64,000 nucleotides of DNA from Squalus acanthias (lineage: Eukaryota), in assembly GCA_030390025.1 (NCBI GenBank), contig CM059427.1, forward strand, positions 148,118,001 through 148,182,000. Reading direction: 5' to 3'. Under the pieces are notes generated by a model. It had not been told where the DNA came from, did not search any database, and saw only the letters and a program-made list of their open reading frames with translations. The translations under genes were made by a program, and so were the position numbers. This document shows, one piece after another, positions 26,941 to 39,639 of the stretch (positions are counted from its first letter, which is position 1; every line of letters begins with the position of its first letter).

Positions 26941-27569
26941 CTTCCCTTAATTGAGTTCATAGATTCAAGGCAAGAATAAAGTAAAGTTATTTTTTAAGGA
27001 TATCAGTTTTATTTATTGAAGTGTTTTGGAACTCCTGATTTTCCCAATTTATGGCACACCATTTACTGAAGCATGTAATTTTTAATTGCGTAAGGGTTGG
27101 GCCTCTTATACATTATTACTCTAAAGTGGAAAGGTGGATGGAGGTCCATTGCCATAACTGCCATTTTGCCTCAGTCTTACTCATTCACTTTCTCTCTAAT
27201 ATGCTTCTATGACTGAAGTGTTAAGTCATTATTATTTTACCTTTAGTAGTTTAGCCAGAATAAGAATTCATTCTGGGATGGGGTTTGGTATTGCTCTTCA
27301 GAAAAGAAGGTACCTTGCTTTATGTGCATCAAATAGAAGAAAAGTGCTTTTTTTCCTTTTTGCTTTGTTATTGTTGGCAGATCCAGTAAAACATATGGTT
27401 TGAATTATAAAACCCAACTGTTTTTGTGGGCTTTTTGGTAGCTAAGAAAACAATTTTTAAAACCTGGTACATGTTTTGGTGTCTGGTCCCATGACAGATA
27501 AGAAATATCAGTTATAGAAGAAGTGGCCTATTGTTTCAAAGCACAGTTAGAAATTGATAAAAGATTTGA

Positions 27570-28310
27570 GCAGCTCCTCCGATGGTTAATGAATGGCCCT
27601 GGGCCATACAGACTAGGAAACCCAGGTTTGATCCCCAGGCTGTGCTGAGCTAGGTGATCTCAGTCAAGGTCATAGCATGCATGCTACAATAGAGTACAAT
27701 AGTGTAGAGGTTGTGTTACTGACTCGCAATCCAGAGACTTGGACTAATAATCCAATAAGAACATGAGTTCAAAGCCATAATGGCAAGTTGAGAATTTGAA
27801 TTCATTTTTTTTTTCAAATTTAGAAATAATCAGCTGTTGGATTGTCGTGAAAAGCCAACTGGTTCACTAATGTCCTTTAAGGAAGGAGACCTGTCGTCCT
27901 TACCTGGTCTGGCCTATATGTGAGCCCAGTCCCACACCAACATGGTTGATTCTTAACTGACCTCTGAATTTAGGTTCCCCACCAGCTAGCAAGAGCCTCC
28001 CGCTGCTGGGCTCACATTCCTGAGAATGATTTTTTTTTTAAATGGAGCCAGTAGCTATAGGCTAAACAGGTGAAAAATCTGGCAGGATTCCGACTCATGC
28101 TCACAATCCAGTGCCCCCTGCTGGAAGGTGTGCGGTTGTCAAGATCAGCTCAGCTGTTATGTCCTCCACAGCCAATCAGCCTGCCAAGGTTCACTGTCTA
28201 GGTTCACCAAGGATGAAAGTGCATTTGGGTGAGACAGTCGAGCCTAGCCTGCACATGCAGAATTGTACCCTAACATTAGTACTTGAGGAGAGGGTCACGA
28301 AAAATCACAG
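27570..28310 (+). mobile_element. AmnSINE2-like SINE interrupted by a second tRNA-SINE (~27700-28040)
   Basis: Head CCAGGTTTGATCCCCAGGCTGTGCTGAG, with the 3' half resuming near 28060. The insert shares GGTTCACTAATGTCCTTTAAGGAAGG with copies at 45.9, 51.7 and 53.5 kb. Confidence 0.65.
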
Positions 28311-28576
28311 GGGTGAATGGGCGCCATGATTTCAGTGCTGAGATGAATGCATCAACAACAAATAAATATCTTGACCCAGTTTGAACCTGAGTGAAGTTAA
28401 AAGATTTGCAATTTTCCTTTAGTTATTAGATTACTTGTTATTAAACTCTAACTCACTACATTTAATGGTTAAATATTATTAATTATATGAAGTAGAGCTG
28501 ACATTGATGAGAAGCCTACTTATGTTGCATGAGTACATTATTGGTTGTAAAGCTGTATATGGATGTTCAATCAGCA

Positions 28577-28692
28577 CGTTTCCTACATTACAACAGTGAC
28601 TACACTTCAAAAAGTACTTCATTGGCTGTAAAGTGCTTTCGGATGTCCTGAGGTCGTGAAAGGCGCTATATAAATGCAAGTCTTCCTTTCTT
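28577..28692 (+). mobile_element. DeuSINE 3' tail fragment (a similar one at 37149-37262)
   Basis: TTTCCTACATTACAACAGTGACTACACTTCAAAAAG...TATATAAATGCAAGTCTT. Confidence 0.8.
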
Positions 28693-29240
28693 TAAATGTC
28701 AATGCCTATTTTTTTTTAAACTCAACAAAATGAATATTTAAAAAAAAAATCCTCAGTTGTGCTTAAAACTATTGACTACCAAAATACAATGTGGTCAGGC
28801 TTGAATCTCAGTTTGATTGCCATTTTCACTCAGACAGACAGTGAGTTGCTGATATTGACCAAACCAACAGAAAAAATACTGAGCAGAGCAGGGACGGCTA
28901 GTTGATGGGAGGACACATCAGAAATGAAGAAGTGTTGGAGAAAGGCATGGATATACACACGGACACCTGAACAGGATGCACAGCTAGATCGGCTATTAAT
29001 GGCTGAAAATGGAGGCCAAAAATGTCTAAATACATTTAAAAATATGACAATATAGTATTGATAGTCAAATAAACATAGATAAAATGGGCAACAGTTGCAT
29101 AATACTGATGATAGTTAGTGTGCCCACCTATAGATTAATTTAATCAATTTATTTGTATTTTTACCCTTACCCTTAAATTACATTTACACTAAGCTTTCAC
29201 ATTCAGTTCTGACTGGATAAAAAGAATGCTAAGAATTAAA

Positions 29241-29495
29241 CTAAAAACAGAATTTGCTGGAAACACTCAGCAGGTCAGGCAGCATTTGTGGAGAGAGAAA
29301 CAGAGTTAACATTTCAGGTCGATGACCTTTCGTCAGAACTGGAAAAAGTTAGAGATGTACCAGGTTTTAAGCAAGTACAGGGGCAGGGAAAGGGGAGAGG
29401 GGAGGAAAGAACAAAAGGGAAGGTCTGTGATAGGATGGAAGGCAGAAGAGATTAAAAGACAAAAGGGATGATGGTGCAAGGCAAAAGGAGATGGT
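29241..29495 (-). mobile_element. Penelope-like element remnant, family B, with a hammerhead motif
   Basis: Reverse complement of the distal part of 52950-53482. Flanked by the 16-bp TSD AATGCTAAGAATTAAA (29225-29240 and 29496-29511). Confidence 0.8.
29305..29340 (-). ncRNA. Minimal type I hammerhead ribozyme motif
   Basis: AGUU-CUGACGA-A-AGGUC-AUC-GACCU-GAAA-UGUU-AACU. Core intact; helix III has a C>U change. Confidence 0.6.
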
Positions 29496-31721
29496 AATGC
29501 TAAGAATTAAATGCAGTTTTACAGTGTTTACCCTGAACTTTCACCCATTTCGATTTATGTGGGAGGCCATATTAAGTTACCAACCCAATGTATATGTTAT
29601 TTTGTTCCCCTGCAAAAAATGCTAGGAGATTCTCACATGAGTTATTTATACCGGCATGACATGAATCCTCTGATGTGCAGCAGACTTCATTTCCGTTATC
29701 CCGAGGTGGCAGTTTTTACTCCGGCTGGGATCAAAGTAAATAACTGTGCAGCAGTTGAGAAACCTGAGTAGGAATCAGCTGGAAATTCGCAACTAATTCC
29801 ATCCTGCAGCCACAGTGTAAATGATGCTCTTGAAATGGCTATTGGACAGGAATTGTTCCTTATACGAAATGCAGGACAAAATATTGAGGTCCTTAGCTGA
29901 GCAAGTGAATGAGATTTGGACATTGATGGGCTGATAGCAGAGTAGAAATAAGATAAATTGAGACACCAGTTTTACTCTTATCACAATGTTTCTATTATTA
30001 AAGATTGAATTTGATACAAGACAGTGTAAAGTACAGCAAATAAAACCAAAGATAATACTTATCTAACAAACTATGAAAATGATGTTCATATATCTAAGAT
30101 ACTGCTTATTCCATTAAAAAAAACTATAGAAACTATTTGTGTTTCTTGCAGCGGAGCCAGATCCTCAGTGCAATAGTCTGTAAGGTTTATAACAGTATCT
30201 ATGAGTATAGTGTCCTCTGGGTCAGTTGCTATGGAGACTTCAATAAGTGCCACAGTAGGAGTGTATATCTGCATTGGGGTTGGCACAGCAACAGCTCTAA
30301 TGTTTTCAGGAATGCGGTTTAATAATCCTCTATGCTGACCCCTTAAAGGCTAATAGAGTGAATACAGATTGTAAATGTTAGCACAAAACTACACAAAAAG
30401 ATTCATGTTGGCAGTTTATAGCACATTATTTGACAAGCTGACATTAAAAGCAATCAGGCTAGGGAAGACTTGAAGAAAAACCTACAGTGACTAATTATAT
30501 ATTTATATGCAAAATACTTTTGAATACATTATCGGCATAAAATACTGGTGTTCATGGCATTTAAGGGATTGTATTTCATTTTCAGCCAGCAACTCTTAGT
30601 CATAGAATGTCGCAGTGTTAGATTGCATTCCGCCTTTTAAATATCAGGAAGAATAAAACTGTATATAAGCCATGCTAACATGCATTAACGGATTCAAAAT
30701 TAGTACAATTTATATGGCTTAAAACCTCTTTATTTTGCAGGCCTTAGATGATTACAAACAAGTGCATGCAGGGAAGTACTTTTGTATGCAAGTCTGGTTC
30801 ACATATATTCCTGCCATGGCTTTTTCCATGTCTCAATTTATTTATAGAAATGTACAGTCAACCTTATATACAAATCAGATTATAGAGAACTGTTGCATGT
30901 AACAAGGATCTATTACAGTTTGAAAGTATCAGAAGAATTCAGTTCTTAAGGGATTGGAGTCATTGTTTTACTTGTATTTGATGTTGATTTTAAAAAACCC
31001 CACAGATATACTAATAACAGAAGTATTATTGAAGGCATTATGTGAAATGTTAGCTAACTTAGACCCAGTACAAGAAGCTCATTAAATTGAAAAATTCAAT
31101 AGAATAAACTAATCGGTATTTATGCATGCATCATCCTAATTTTATGTTTGATCTGCGCTTTTATATAACAGTATTATTCACAAATTTACGAGGAAAAACC
31201 TAGTTTGCTTCAAAGATATGGGCTGAGAAATTGGATTATGATGGAATCGGGGTGCAATCCCGGTGCAGTGCAGCCTAATGAGGCCCGCAGCTCGCAGGAC
31301 CATGGCAAATTGGTTCGCTGGCCTCATTAGGACAGTGGCAGCGAGCTGCGGGCATCATTCATGGCCCCAGATGCCACTTGCAGGTCGAGGGGGGATAGCA
31401 AGATCGGCTGAGGGCCTCCGGAGAGTCTGGTTGGGGAGGCAATTGGGAGGAGGGTGAGCAGTGGCCGCCAGCAGCCTGTGGTTTTAATGGGGAGCCTGGG
31501 GAAGTACTCCTGCTCCACTATAAGGTAAGTAAGAAACTTTTAAAACTTTTTAACTTTTAACGTGACAGCATGATGCATGCAGCGATCAATTGCCATCCAA
31601 TTTGGCAAAGGAGCCTGAAACAGGCGTTAGATCCCGATTTGCAGATGCAATGGGCCTAACGCCAGTTACAGGCGTGTGGCCCTGAATGCCTACTGAGCAG
31701 CCCTAATCAATATGGCAAGTG

Positions 31722-31921
31722 ATGCGGAGATGCCGGTGTTGGACTGGGGTGGACAAAAGTGAGAAGTCGCACAACACCAGGTTATAGTCCAACAGCTTTA
31801 TTTGAAATCACAAGCTTTCGGAGCGCTGCTCCTTCGTCAGGTGACGAAGGAGCAGCGCTCCGAAAGCTTGTGATTTCAAATAAAGCTGTTGGACTATAAC
31901 CTGGTGTTGTGCGACTTCTCA
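31722..31921 (-). mobile_element. Fold-back Penelope-like insertion, family A
   Basis: Perfect 81-bp inverted arms (31759-31839 / 31842-31922) plus a one-sided tail. 14-bp TSD CAATATGGCAAGTG (31708-31721 and 31922-31935). Confidence 0.85.
31808..31844 (-). ncRNA. Minimal type I hammerhead ribozyme motif
   Basis: UCAC-CUGACGA-A-GGAGC-AGC-GCUCC-GAAAGCUU-GUGA. Confidence 0.7.
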
Positions 31922-33938
31922 CAATATGGCAAGTGGCGTACTTTCGGTGTGGAATGAGCACATGCATGCTTAATTTGATCCTTAGGTGCCCGTTTTATGC
32001 GGTGCAGAATGAGCGGACGCATGCTAAATTGGACCCTTAGGTGCCCGTTTTATGCCTGTAAAACAAACGCAGCACCATCAAATTTCTAGATCATGACTTC
32101 ATCAGATTTGGCCTCTGTGGTAATTCTGAAATCTCCACAACACGGAAAAAAACTCAAGCTAACAGAAGTTTTTGCATCCTAATTGCCAAAAATGTTGTTT
32201 TGCTTGCCTCTGTACTTTTTTATTTACTTTGAAACTGAAAAATATGGTTATAATTTTCATTTTGACCTACTGATGGTGATTGTTGCAATACAAGCACAAG
32301 GAATAGTCAGATTGGTCACTGCAACCTTTGAAGTGTGTAAGAAATATTCATGCAACTTGTAAAGGCACAATAGATCTAATTTAGAACATCATTATTTTCG
32401 CTTGAGTAGTTCCTTCAAGAATGGAGTAAAGTCTGGCAGTCATTTATATTTTCAAACTTATGTGCAAGAGGTCAAAATACAGTATAGCCAGTAGTCCAAG
32501 GCTACAAAAGCACAGTGGAACTCTGATACTAATACATGGCATTTGCACCTTTGAAATGTACAACTTTAAAGCAGACTTCTCAAATCAAATGAACAAGGAC
32601 AGTGAATTTAAAAATATATATAATTTCAGTATTGCTGGTATATCAGATTGCAGCATTCGCTATAGTTTGAGTAAGCATCTTGGTTGATTACCTGTCAATT
32701 TTTGACGGCATTTTAAAACGAACTGATAGTAACACGAAATTCCACTATGTGCAAATAGTATTAGTAAACACAAAGTACTCATAAATCATCAATATATTAA
32801 AAAAACACTGGCATTGCTTTCAAACCCAAAGTAACTTAGTACAGTAAGTTTAAATGTAAATTTCTAGCATTTGCCTCTCAAACATTACATATTTTCTCTG
32901 ATAGTTGCCTTCCATCAAAGGATCATTCATTTACTAGAGCTGGCATATGTGCCAGTTGTAAAATGCGTATGTGTTATTATAAAAGTATTATAGGACTTGC
33001 TTTGCTCTGCTGAAACATCAGTACGAAAGAATTACAAATTGGTAGTGTAAGGAAGGTCAACTAGGTAAACTAATGCCTTTCTACTTTAAAAAATCTGTAT
33101 ACAAATATTGGAGAGATAATCTATATTGGTTGACTAAGTACTGGACTACCAAAGATGCACCTGGGTAGCATGATTGGCTATGAAAGAAAGACAATAAATT
33201 GCTCCCCTTGCGTAAAATCATTCTCTCACTTTTCTGATGGCATTGTAAGGTCTTTTGATACTATGCACCATGTCTTTGGAGAGTGATCTAAGAGCAGGCA
33301 CACCACCAGTCTCCTTTTGGACTAATGGCAAAGTAAGTTCTGCGGGGGGAGGGGGGCACTTGTACAATGTAGCCACAACACATGCACAATGTAATTGGAT
33401 CATGGCATCATAAATAGATCATGTCCCTGGCTTTCTTCATCACGTTATATCATGATGTCCACATTACAGGGCATGTATATTATCAGAAGACTTTCTTTAA
33501 AGCCTTCCAGATCGTACTGCTGCTGATGCAGGGCTTTTAGGGGCATGAATTAGAAAAACAAGTGGGGCTAGCAGATTTTCCTGGTCACTGGTCTCACAAA
33601 ATCGAATAGCTTTATGTTCATCTGACCGCCAGTTGAAGAAGACCTGGACTATGGGAGCTGGTGGCCGTAGATCAGTATAAACATGGTTGTAGTTTAATTG
33701 GTGGGGAGGGGGTGGGGGAGGGGAGGGGGGAAGTAAGTTCAGAAAATAATTCTGGAATTTCTATAATTGATGAGTTCACTTCCATATACATTGCAACTTG
33801 TACTAATGGGCACCTGTTTATTATGGCCACTTTTGAAGCCCCAATTCATTCTAATATAAGTCAATGACAAATGTTGTTTATTAAACAGTCACCTGTGTAA
33901 TGCAAATTGTGGCCACTCAATTTGGCCTGTAATTATAA

Positions 33939-34130
33939 GGGGAGATTTACCTGGATCACTTGGATGCAGTGAATGTTGGAAAATGGGGCAGGTCGGCGTG
34001 TATATCTGTAAAGGAAGCCTGATTTTGCTCCATTAATAGAGGAAAATCAGGTGGGTTCCTTTACAGGCGCGCATTCCGACCTGCCTGATTTCTCAGGCGA
34101 TCCAGTGTGCACACCCAGGAAAATGTCTCC
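33939..34130. mobile_element. Fold-back MITE (~190-bp imperfect palindrome)
   Basis: GCAGGTCGG...CTGTAAAGGAAGCCTGATTTT pairs with AAAATCAGGTGGGTTCCTTTACAG...CCGACCTGC. Ends are GGGGAGATTT / AAATGTCTCC. Confidence 0.7.
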
Positions 34131-35587
34131 AATTTTGTTGCACTCTCTTCAATCTGCATATCACAGTTGGAAGCTGAAGAGTGCAGTAGAGTTGGCCCAG
34201 AGTGTTGGAGTGGAGTCGAGGCCTGAGTGCTTAATGCTTTCTGAAGAATCATGGCATAACAACAACAACAACAATTACTTAACTTTATGTAGCAGTTTTA
34301 ATATAAAAACCATCCGAAGGAAGTCCCACACGTCACTGCCGGACTCGCAGCCAGTTTGAGAAATTTGAATCTGCTTCCTTATTTTAACGCTGTGTGCTGC
34401 TGCTGAGAACACACCGAAGAGTCCTTCTTTCCCCAAGCATCTGTGATTCTGCAGAAACAGTTAAGCACTCAGGCCCCGACCTCATTCAAACCTTCTGGCT
34501 CTGCCTGGACTCCTGACTGTTTTATCAGGCTTCTGCATACCTGCATATTACGACCAATCAGGCCAGTCTAATGGGCGATTACAATACATTGTGTTACAAT
34601 CCATTTGCCATTTAAGAAATAAAAACTTAATAAAAATGATACTTACAAGCATATATAGGACCATATCCTGTCGAAACATCTCAAAGCATTTTTCACAAAG
34701 AATTACAATGAATTGAAGTGCAGGGGTTTACGTTGTTATGTAATAACTGTAGCATTAGGAAATAATAGTGATCGAGTTTCATGATGTTTCATATTAAGAA
34801 TGTATACTAAAAATACATTACGCCAGTAAGTTTATGATGATCCATGGTTACCCAATGTGACAACGCCTAGTAAAAAGCAGGAAAGTAAGCTCTTTGTTAT
34901 CTCTACTTAATAGTAGTTATATTTCTGAACAATCCAAGTACAAATATCTTGGAAAAGAAGAAATCTAATGTGAATTAAAGGAGTGCAAGATATTGTTTCA
35001 ATTTCTCAGATGTTTGCACAAAGCAGAAGACAGTAAAATATTTAATGGGCGCAGTATCATCAGCAGTTTCAGTCGGAGGTTTGGTGAGTCATAGGAACTG
35101 AACCTTGCAGCAATTGACAAATTAGAATGCAACGTCAACATTGAATTTTCATCCCGGAAGTTATGTAAGTAAGGGAAATGCTGCAAATGCAAGTAGCGTA
35201 GTTTCATCGTATTGCTCTCTGCCATACACATCTGCAGTCAAAGTCTGTCATTCATCTGAAATCCCTGTAGACTCTTCATTGTCCCAGGGAACTGTCTACA
35301 ACGAGTTACATGCAACAGCAACAACAGCTTGTATTTATATAGTGCCTTTAACGCAGTAAAACATCCCAAGGCACTTCGCAGGAGTGTTATAAGACAAAAA
35401 ATTTGACACCGAGCCACATAAGGAGAAATTAGGGCAGATGACCAAAAGCTTGGTCAAAGAGGTAGGTTTTAAGGAGCATTTTAATGGAGGAAAGAGAGGT
35501 AGAGAGGCGGAGAGGTTTAGACAGAGAATTCCAGAGCTCAGGGCCTAGGCAACAGAAGGCACGGCCACCAATGGTTAAGTGTTTATA

Positions 35588-35830
35588 TGTCTTTTGATGT
35601 GGTACCTTCCTGGCTGACTTAATTAACTTTATCACACCTCGGCAGATAGTCAGGATGATTTAATTTATTGGTCTGCAATTGTAAAGTACACATGCTTTTT
35701 TTTCCATCTATATATGCTCTGACGATTCTGTATCCAATTTACTTCACCTGAGGAAGGAGCGATAGTTCCGAAAGCTTGTGATTTCAAATAAAACTGTTGG
35801 ACTATAACCTGGTGTTGTGCGACCTCTCAA
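35588..35830 (+). mobile_element. Penelope-like insertion, family A, single arm, nested in L2
   Basis: Distal 90 bp match the arm of the 31.7-kb and 60.8-kb palindromes. 13-bp TSD TTAAGTGTTTATA (35575-35587 and 35831-35843). Confidence 0.85.
35744..35781 (+). ncRNA. Minimal type I hammerhead ribozyme motif
   Basis: UCAC-CUGAGGA-A-GGAGC-GAUA-GUUCC-GAAAGCUU-GUGA. Confidence 0.68.
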
Positions 35831-36587
35831 TTAAGTGTTTATAATCAGGGATGCTCAAGAGGGCAGAATTAGAGGAGCGCAGATATCTTGGGGGGGGGGG
35901 GGGGGGGGGGTGGTTGTGGGGCTGGAGGAGATTACCGAAATAGGGAGGGATGAGGCCATGGAGGGATTTGAAAACAAGGGTAAGAATTTTGAAATCGAGG
36001 CGTTGCTTAACCGGGAGCCAATGTAGGTCGGCGAGCACAGGGGTGATGGGCGAACGGGACTTGGTGCAAGTTAGGACACGGGCAGCCGATGTAGGGTAGA
36101 GCGTGGGAGGCCAGCTAGAAGTGCATTGGAATAGTCAAGTCTAGAGGTAACAAAGGCATGGATGAGGGTTTCAGCAGTGGATGAGCTGAGGCAAGGGCGG
36201 AGACGGGCGATGTTACGGAGGTGGAAATAGGCACAACTGGATGTTGGACAAGCAGTCTGACAATTTAGAGAGAAGTGGTGCTGAGGTAGAGCTGGGTGTC
36301 ATCAGCGTACATGTGGAAACTGATGCTGTGTTTTCGGTAGATGTCGCCAAGGGGCAGCATGTAGATGAGAAATAGGAGGGGGCCAAGGATAGATCCTTGG
36401 GGGACACCACAGGTAATGATGCGGGATTGGGAAGAGAAGCCATTGCAGGTGATTCACTGGCTATGATTAGATAGACAAGAATGGAACCAGGCAAGTGCAG
36501 TCCCACCCAGCTGGACAACGGTGGAGAGGCGTTGGAGGAGGACGGAGTGGTCAACCTAAAAGGATGTGTTTTTGTTAATCATATATT

Positions 36588-37525
36588 GGCCCAGAATTTG
36601 CGGTTGTAATGATGGCAAAGCTGTCAGTGTTCACCATCATTACTGTGTAAAACTGACAGCAACTTCTAGCATCTGCACATGTGCAGTTAAACGCGGAAAT
36701 CTGGAAGTTGCTGTTAGTGATACCCTGCTCCTCCACAGGGTGCGCTGTTGCAGTCTTTGCAGATGGAATCAATTAGAAATCAATGATTGACATGAACTTC
36801 AACTTTTTATGCACTATTCTTGCTGTAAAAACCATTGAAAAAGTTAAGCCTTGTTGAATGAGGTGCAACTGAGTTTTTAACAGCGTACTAAGTCATAATT
36901 ATGGCTGAACAATCTCTCTGGCCTTGAAAAACTAATCTTATATGTGTGGAGTGTCAATTCCTCCATTTCATGAGAAAAATTCCATTAATTGTTATTTATT
37001 TTTGGAAGTTTGTTCATGATATTTCATCTTCTACTTTAATCCCATGTGTATGTCCCAATCTTTATTTTGTTTGTGTAAAATTATTAAAAAGTGAATGCTA
37101 AAACCTGCTTTTTACTTCCTGGTTTGCTGTCTGTGAGAATTCTTCAGTTTCCTACATTACAACAGTGACTCCACTTCAAAAGTATTTAATTGGCTGTAAA
37201 GCGCTTTGAGATGTCCGGTGGTCGTGAAAGGCACTATGTAAATGCAAGTCTTTCTTTCTTTCTGATTAGTTGCTCAGCCAGCTTGATGACGTCACTGTTG
37301 CTGGATGCCACATGGAAAATCACATCGGAAAAAGGGAAGTTGATGCCACAGAGCCCGCTAAAACTTTGTGGGTGGCTTTCTTCGAGGTCAACGGTGAGTG
37401 CCGCCATTTTGCCAGGCCGTTCTAACCTGAGTTCTAAGCAGGATGACTCTTGGACAGTAAAAAAAATTTTTAGTGCAAACTATTTGATGAGTGCGACAGC
37501 CAACTTTTCAGGCAGCAATTTTCAC
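36588..37525. mobile_element. Probable Harbinger-type non-autonomous element (right end uncertain)
   Basis: Begins GGCCCAGAATTTGC, like the TIRs at 42194 and 47225. Contains a SINE-tail insertion. Confidence 0.4.
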
Positions 37526-38599
37526 AACACAATGGACATGTAGAACAGGCATCATTTCCAGTTGTATTGAATCAGTGAGCCTTTGTCATGAACTGTGTCC
37601 CTTGTGATGATTCAGGCAATTCATCTTACAAAACTGTGAGAAATCAGATATACTCTTATCTTATGGCATTCCAAATCTAACTTCTTAAACTCCAAAGCAC
37701 TGCTTTTTCATCATCTTTGTTAGCCTTGCCTTCTCTTAATTTGTCATCATAAAGAAAATTCTTTCTTCTGCAATGCCAGGGAAATTGCAACTTTCTAACA
37801 CTTCATGGAGGAAACAATAATTGCTTTATAAATGCAAACTGGGAACTAAGTACAAGGGCAGCACACAGATACTAGAATGGCCCTCAATTTGAGAGCTAGA
37901 TCTTCATTTGACTGCCTATGTCCTGTGATGCTAATTATAACTATAAAAAATCACTCATCCCAGACAATCCAGCAGGAGTACAGGAAAACAAACTGCTGTG
38001 ACTATCCCTCAGTGCCACACAAGCTAACACAAAGGTAAGTGATGTTCAATTTTAGTTTATTGTAATTTTACTTACTACCACATGATTTTTCTTCGATCTG
38101 CAAAAGGTTCAGGGCAATCATTTAGATGGGGTGGGGGGAAGAGGGGTTGTGGTGGGGGTACCTCCAAGCAGCTATCTGAATATTTGCACAGGAGGGTCAG
38201 TATAGGAGTCAAACAACTGCATTTATATAGCATCTTCAAAGTAGAAAAAGGTCCCAAGGCACGTCACAGAGGCACTAAATCCTCAAATATTTTTACACCA
38301 TAGTGTGTGAAGAATATTTCAGGGGACTCAAAATGGTATAGTCAATGACTGAGCTATATTGTATTGTTACTTGCTGTATCACTTAACAGAGTTCACAATA
38401 ATTGCAACCATTTCTAACTCCAACGGTTGCTGAACCCACCCTCGGGCTGCAGGCTCGGCATCATTTACATAGTGTAACATATTGTAGGCTTGGGATCAGC
38501 AGCAGGTCTTAAAGGGCTGCAGCAGCCTAAAGGGACATTGCACTCCCCCACCCCCCTACCACCACTGACATAGGAGAAGCAGCATGTTTGTGCCAATGA

Positions 38600-38805
38600 G
38601 CAGCCGCAGGATGCCTGGAGTTTTGGACAGGATAGTGGCCATCTTGTTACACGAAGCTCAAAAGAGGAGGGACATCCTGTTCACCTGTGATAGGCGCCAT
38701 GTCCCGCAGAGAGTTGGAAAGAGGACGTAAAAGAAGATTTTTGGCCATCTCAATGTCAGCGGTGAATACCCCAGAACTTGGCTGCAGTGCAGAAAGAAAT
38801 TCCGT
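38600..38805 (+). pseudogene. Harbinger Myb/SANT-like (NAIF1/MSANTD-type) ORF remnant
   Basis: Disrupted translation VAILLHEAQKRRDILF ... RTWLQCRKKF resembles the trihelix DNA-binding protein of PIF/Harbinger transposons. Confidence 0.6.
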
Positions 38806-38999
38806 AGTCTGGCCAGCCATGATGTGGTCATATTTGCATTTCTTCTTTTTCAACTAAACAACCATGATCTGTACAGTCACCACCCCCCTCCCACCCCCCA
38901 CCCCTCCCCTGAAGCTGTCACTCCATTGGTTGCCTCCCCTGGTTAGGTAGCGGGGAAGAGTTTACTACACTTCCTTTCTGCTCTTCTTCACACTCTGAA

Positions 39000-39316
39000 A
39001 GAAAGAATGCCTTACATTTGTACAGGGCCTTTCATGACCTCAGGACATCCCAAAGTACTTTATAGCCAATTAAGTACTTTTGACGTTTAGTCACTTATAA
39101 TGTAGGAAGCACAGCAGCCAATTTGCACATTGCAAACTCCCACAAACAGCAATGAAATAAATTTCCAGATAATTTTTTTTCGGTGTTGGTTGAGGGATAA
39201 ATGTCGGCCAGGACACAGCGAGAGCTGAAGTGCTCTTGCAGAGAGCCGGCACAGGTTCGACGGGCCGAATGGCCTCCTTCTGTGCTGTAACCATTCTATG
39301 ATTTTATGGTTCTATG
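39000..39316. mobile_element. DeuSINE 3' part (minus) abutting a CR1 3' tail (plus, ~39216-39316)
   Basis: SINE sequence up to CCAGGACAC, then GGGCCGAATGGCCTCCTTCTGTGCTGTAACCATTCTATG. Confidence 0.75.
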
Positions 39317-39639
39317 TTGGGGAAAGCATTTTACACATGTGGCTAGAAGGGGTGAATAAATTAGTTCAGGAAGATATTTCAGTATTGTTCTTTGAGCACT
39401 GAAATTCTTGAGCATTTCCTAGGTCTGGACGAACGAGCCTTGCTAATCAATGAGACAAAGTCTCCATTAGATCTGCTGCCTTTCAGAAAAATGGCTACTG
39501 ACAACCATATGACACTTTGTTTCCTACATACTGCCCCTTTCTGTGCGTGTTTTCATTGGCAAGGAAGTATCTGTCAGTATTCAGCACCTCACTTGTCAGC
39601 CATTATTTTCGCTATGCTCTGAGCTACGTCTGACCATTG

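Larger units (their letters stand above)
31220..32092. mobile_element. Harbinger-type MITE hosting a Penelope insertion
   Basis: GGGCTGAGAAATTGG at the left end and CAAATTTCTAGATC at the right. GC/CpG-rich interior, an internal AGGTAAGT, and a ~55-bp subterminal tandem duplication at 31965-32060. Confidence 0.55.
35313..36555 (-). mobile_element. L2 LINE fragment (RT end and 3' end)
   Basis: [10 protein letters not shown] and YADDTQLY region near 36290-36410, LADLHWLPVKQRLDFKIL, GGRAFCCLGPELWNSL, and a (TTG)n-like tail. Confidence 0.9.

Noticed and set aside
30086-30322. Possible exon of a neighbouring gene (plus-strand acceptor TTTCTTGCAG at about 30151)
   Set aside because: No frame resembles a known protein and I found no partner exons.
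31759-31922. Long hairpin as a pre-miRNA or a TIR MITE
   Set aside because: The 12-14-bp variable TSDs, the one-sided tail, a single-arm copy at 35.7 kb and the hammerhead core fit a Penelope-like retroelement better.
35890-35910. Poly-G run and other G/C tracts as functional G-quadruplexes
   Set aside because: This is a simple homopolymer expansion inside an L2 copy with no supporting context.
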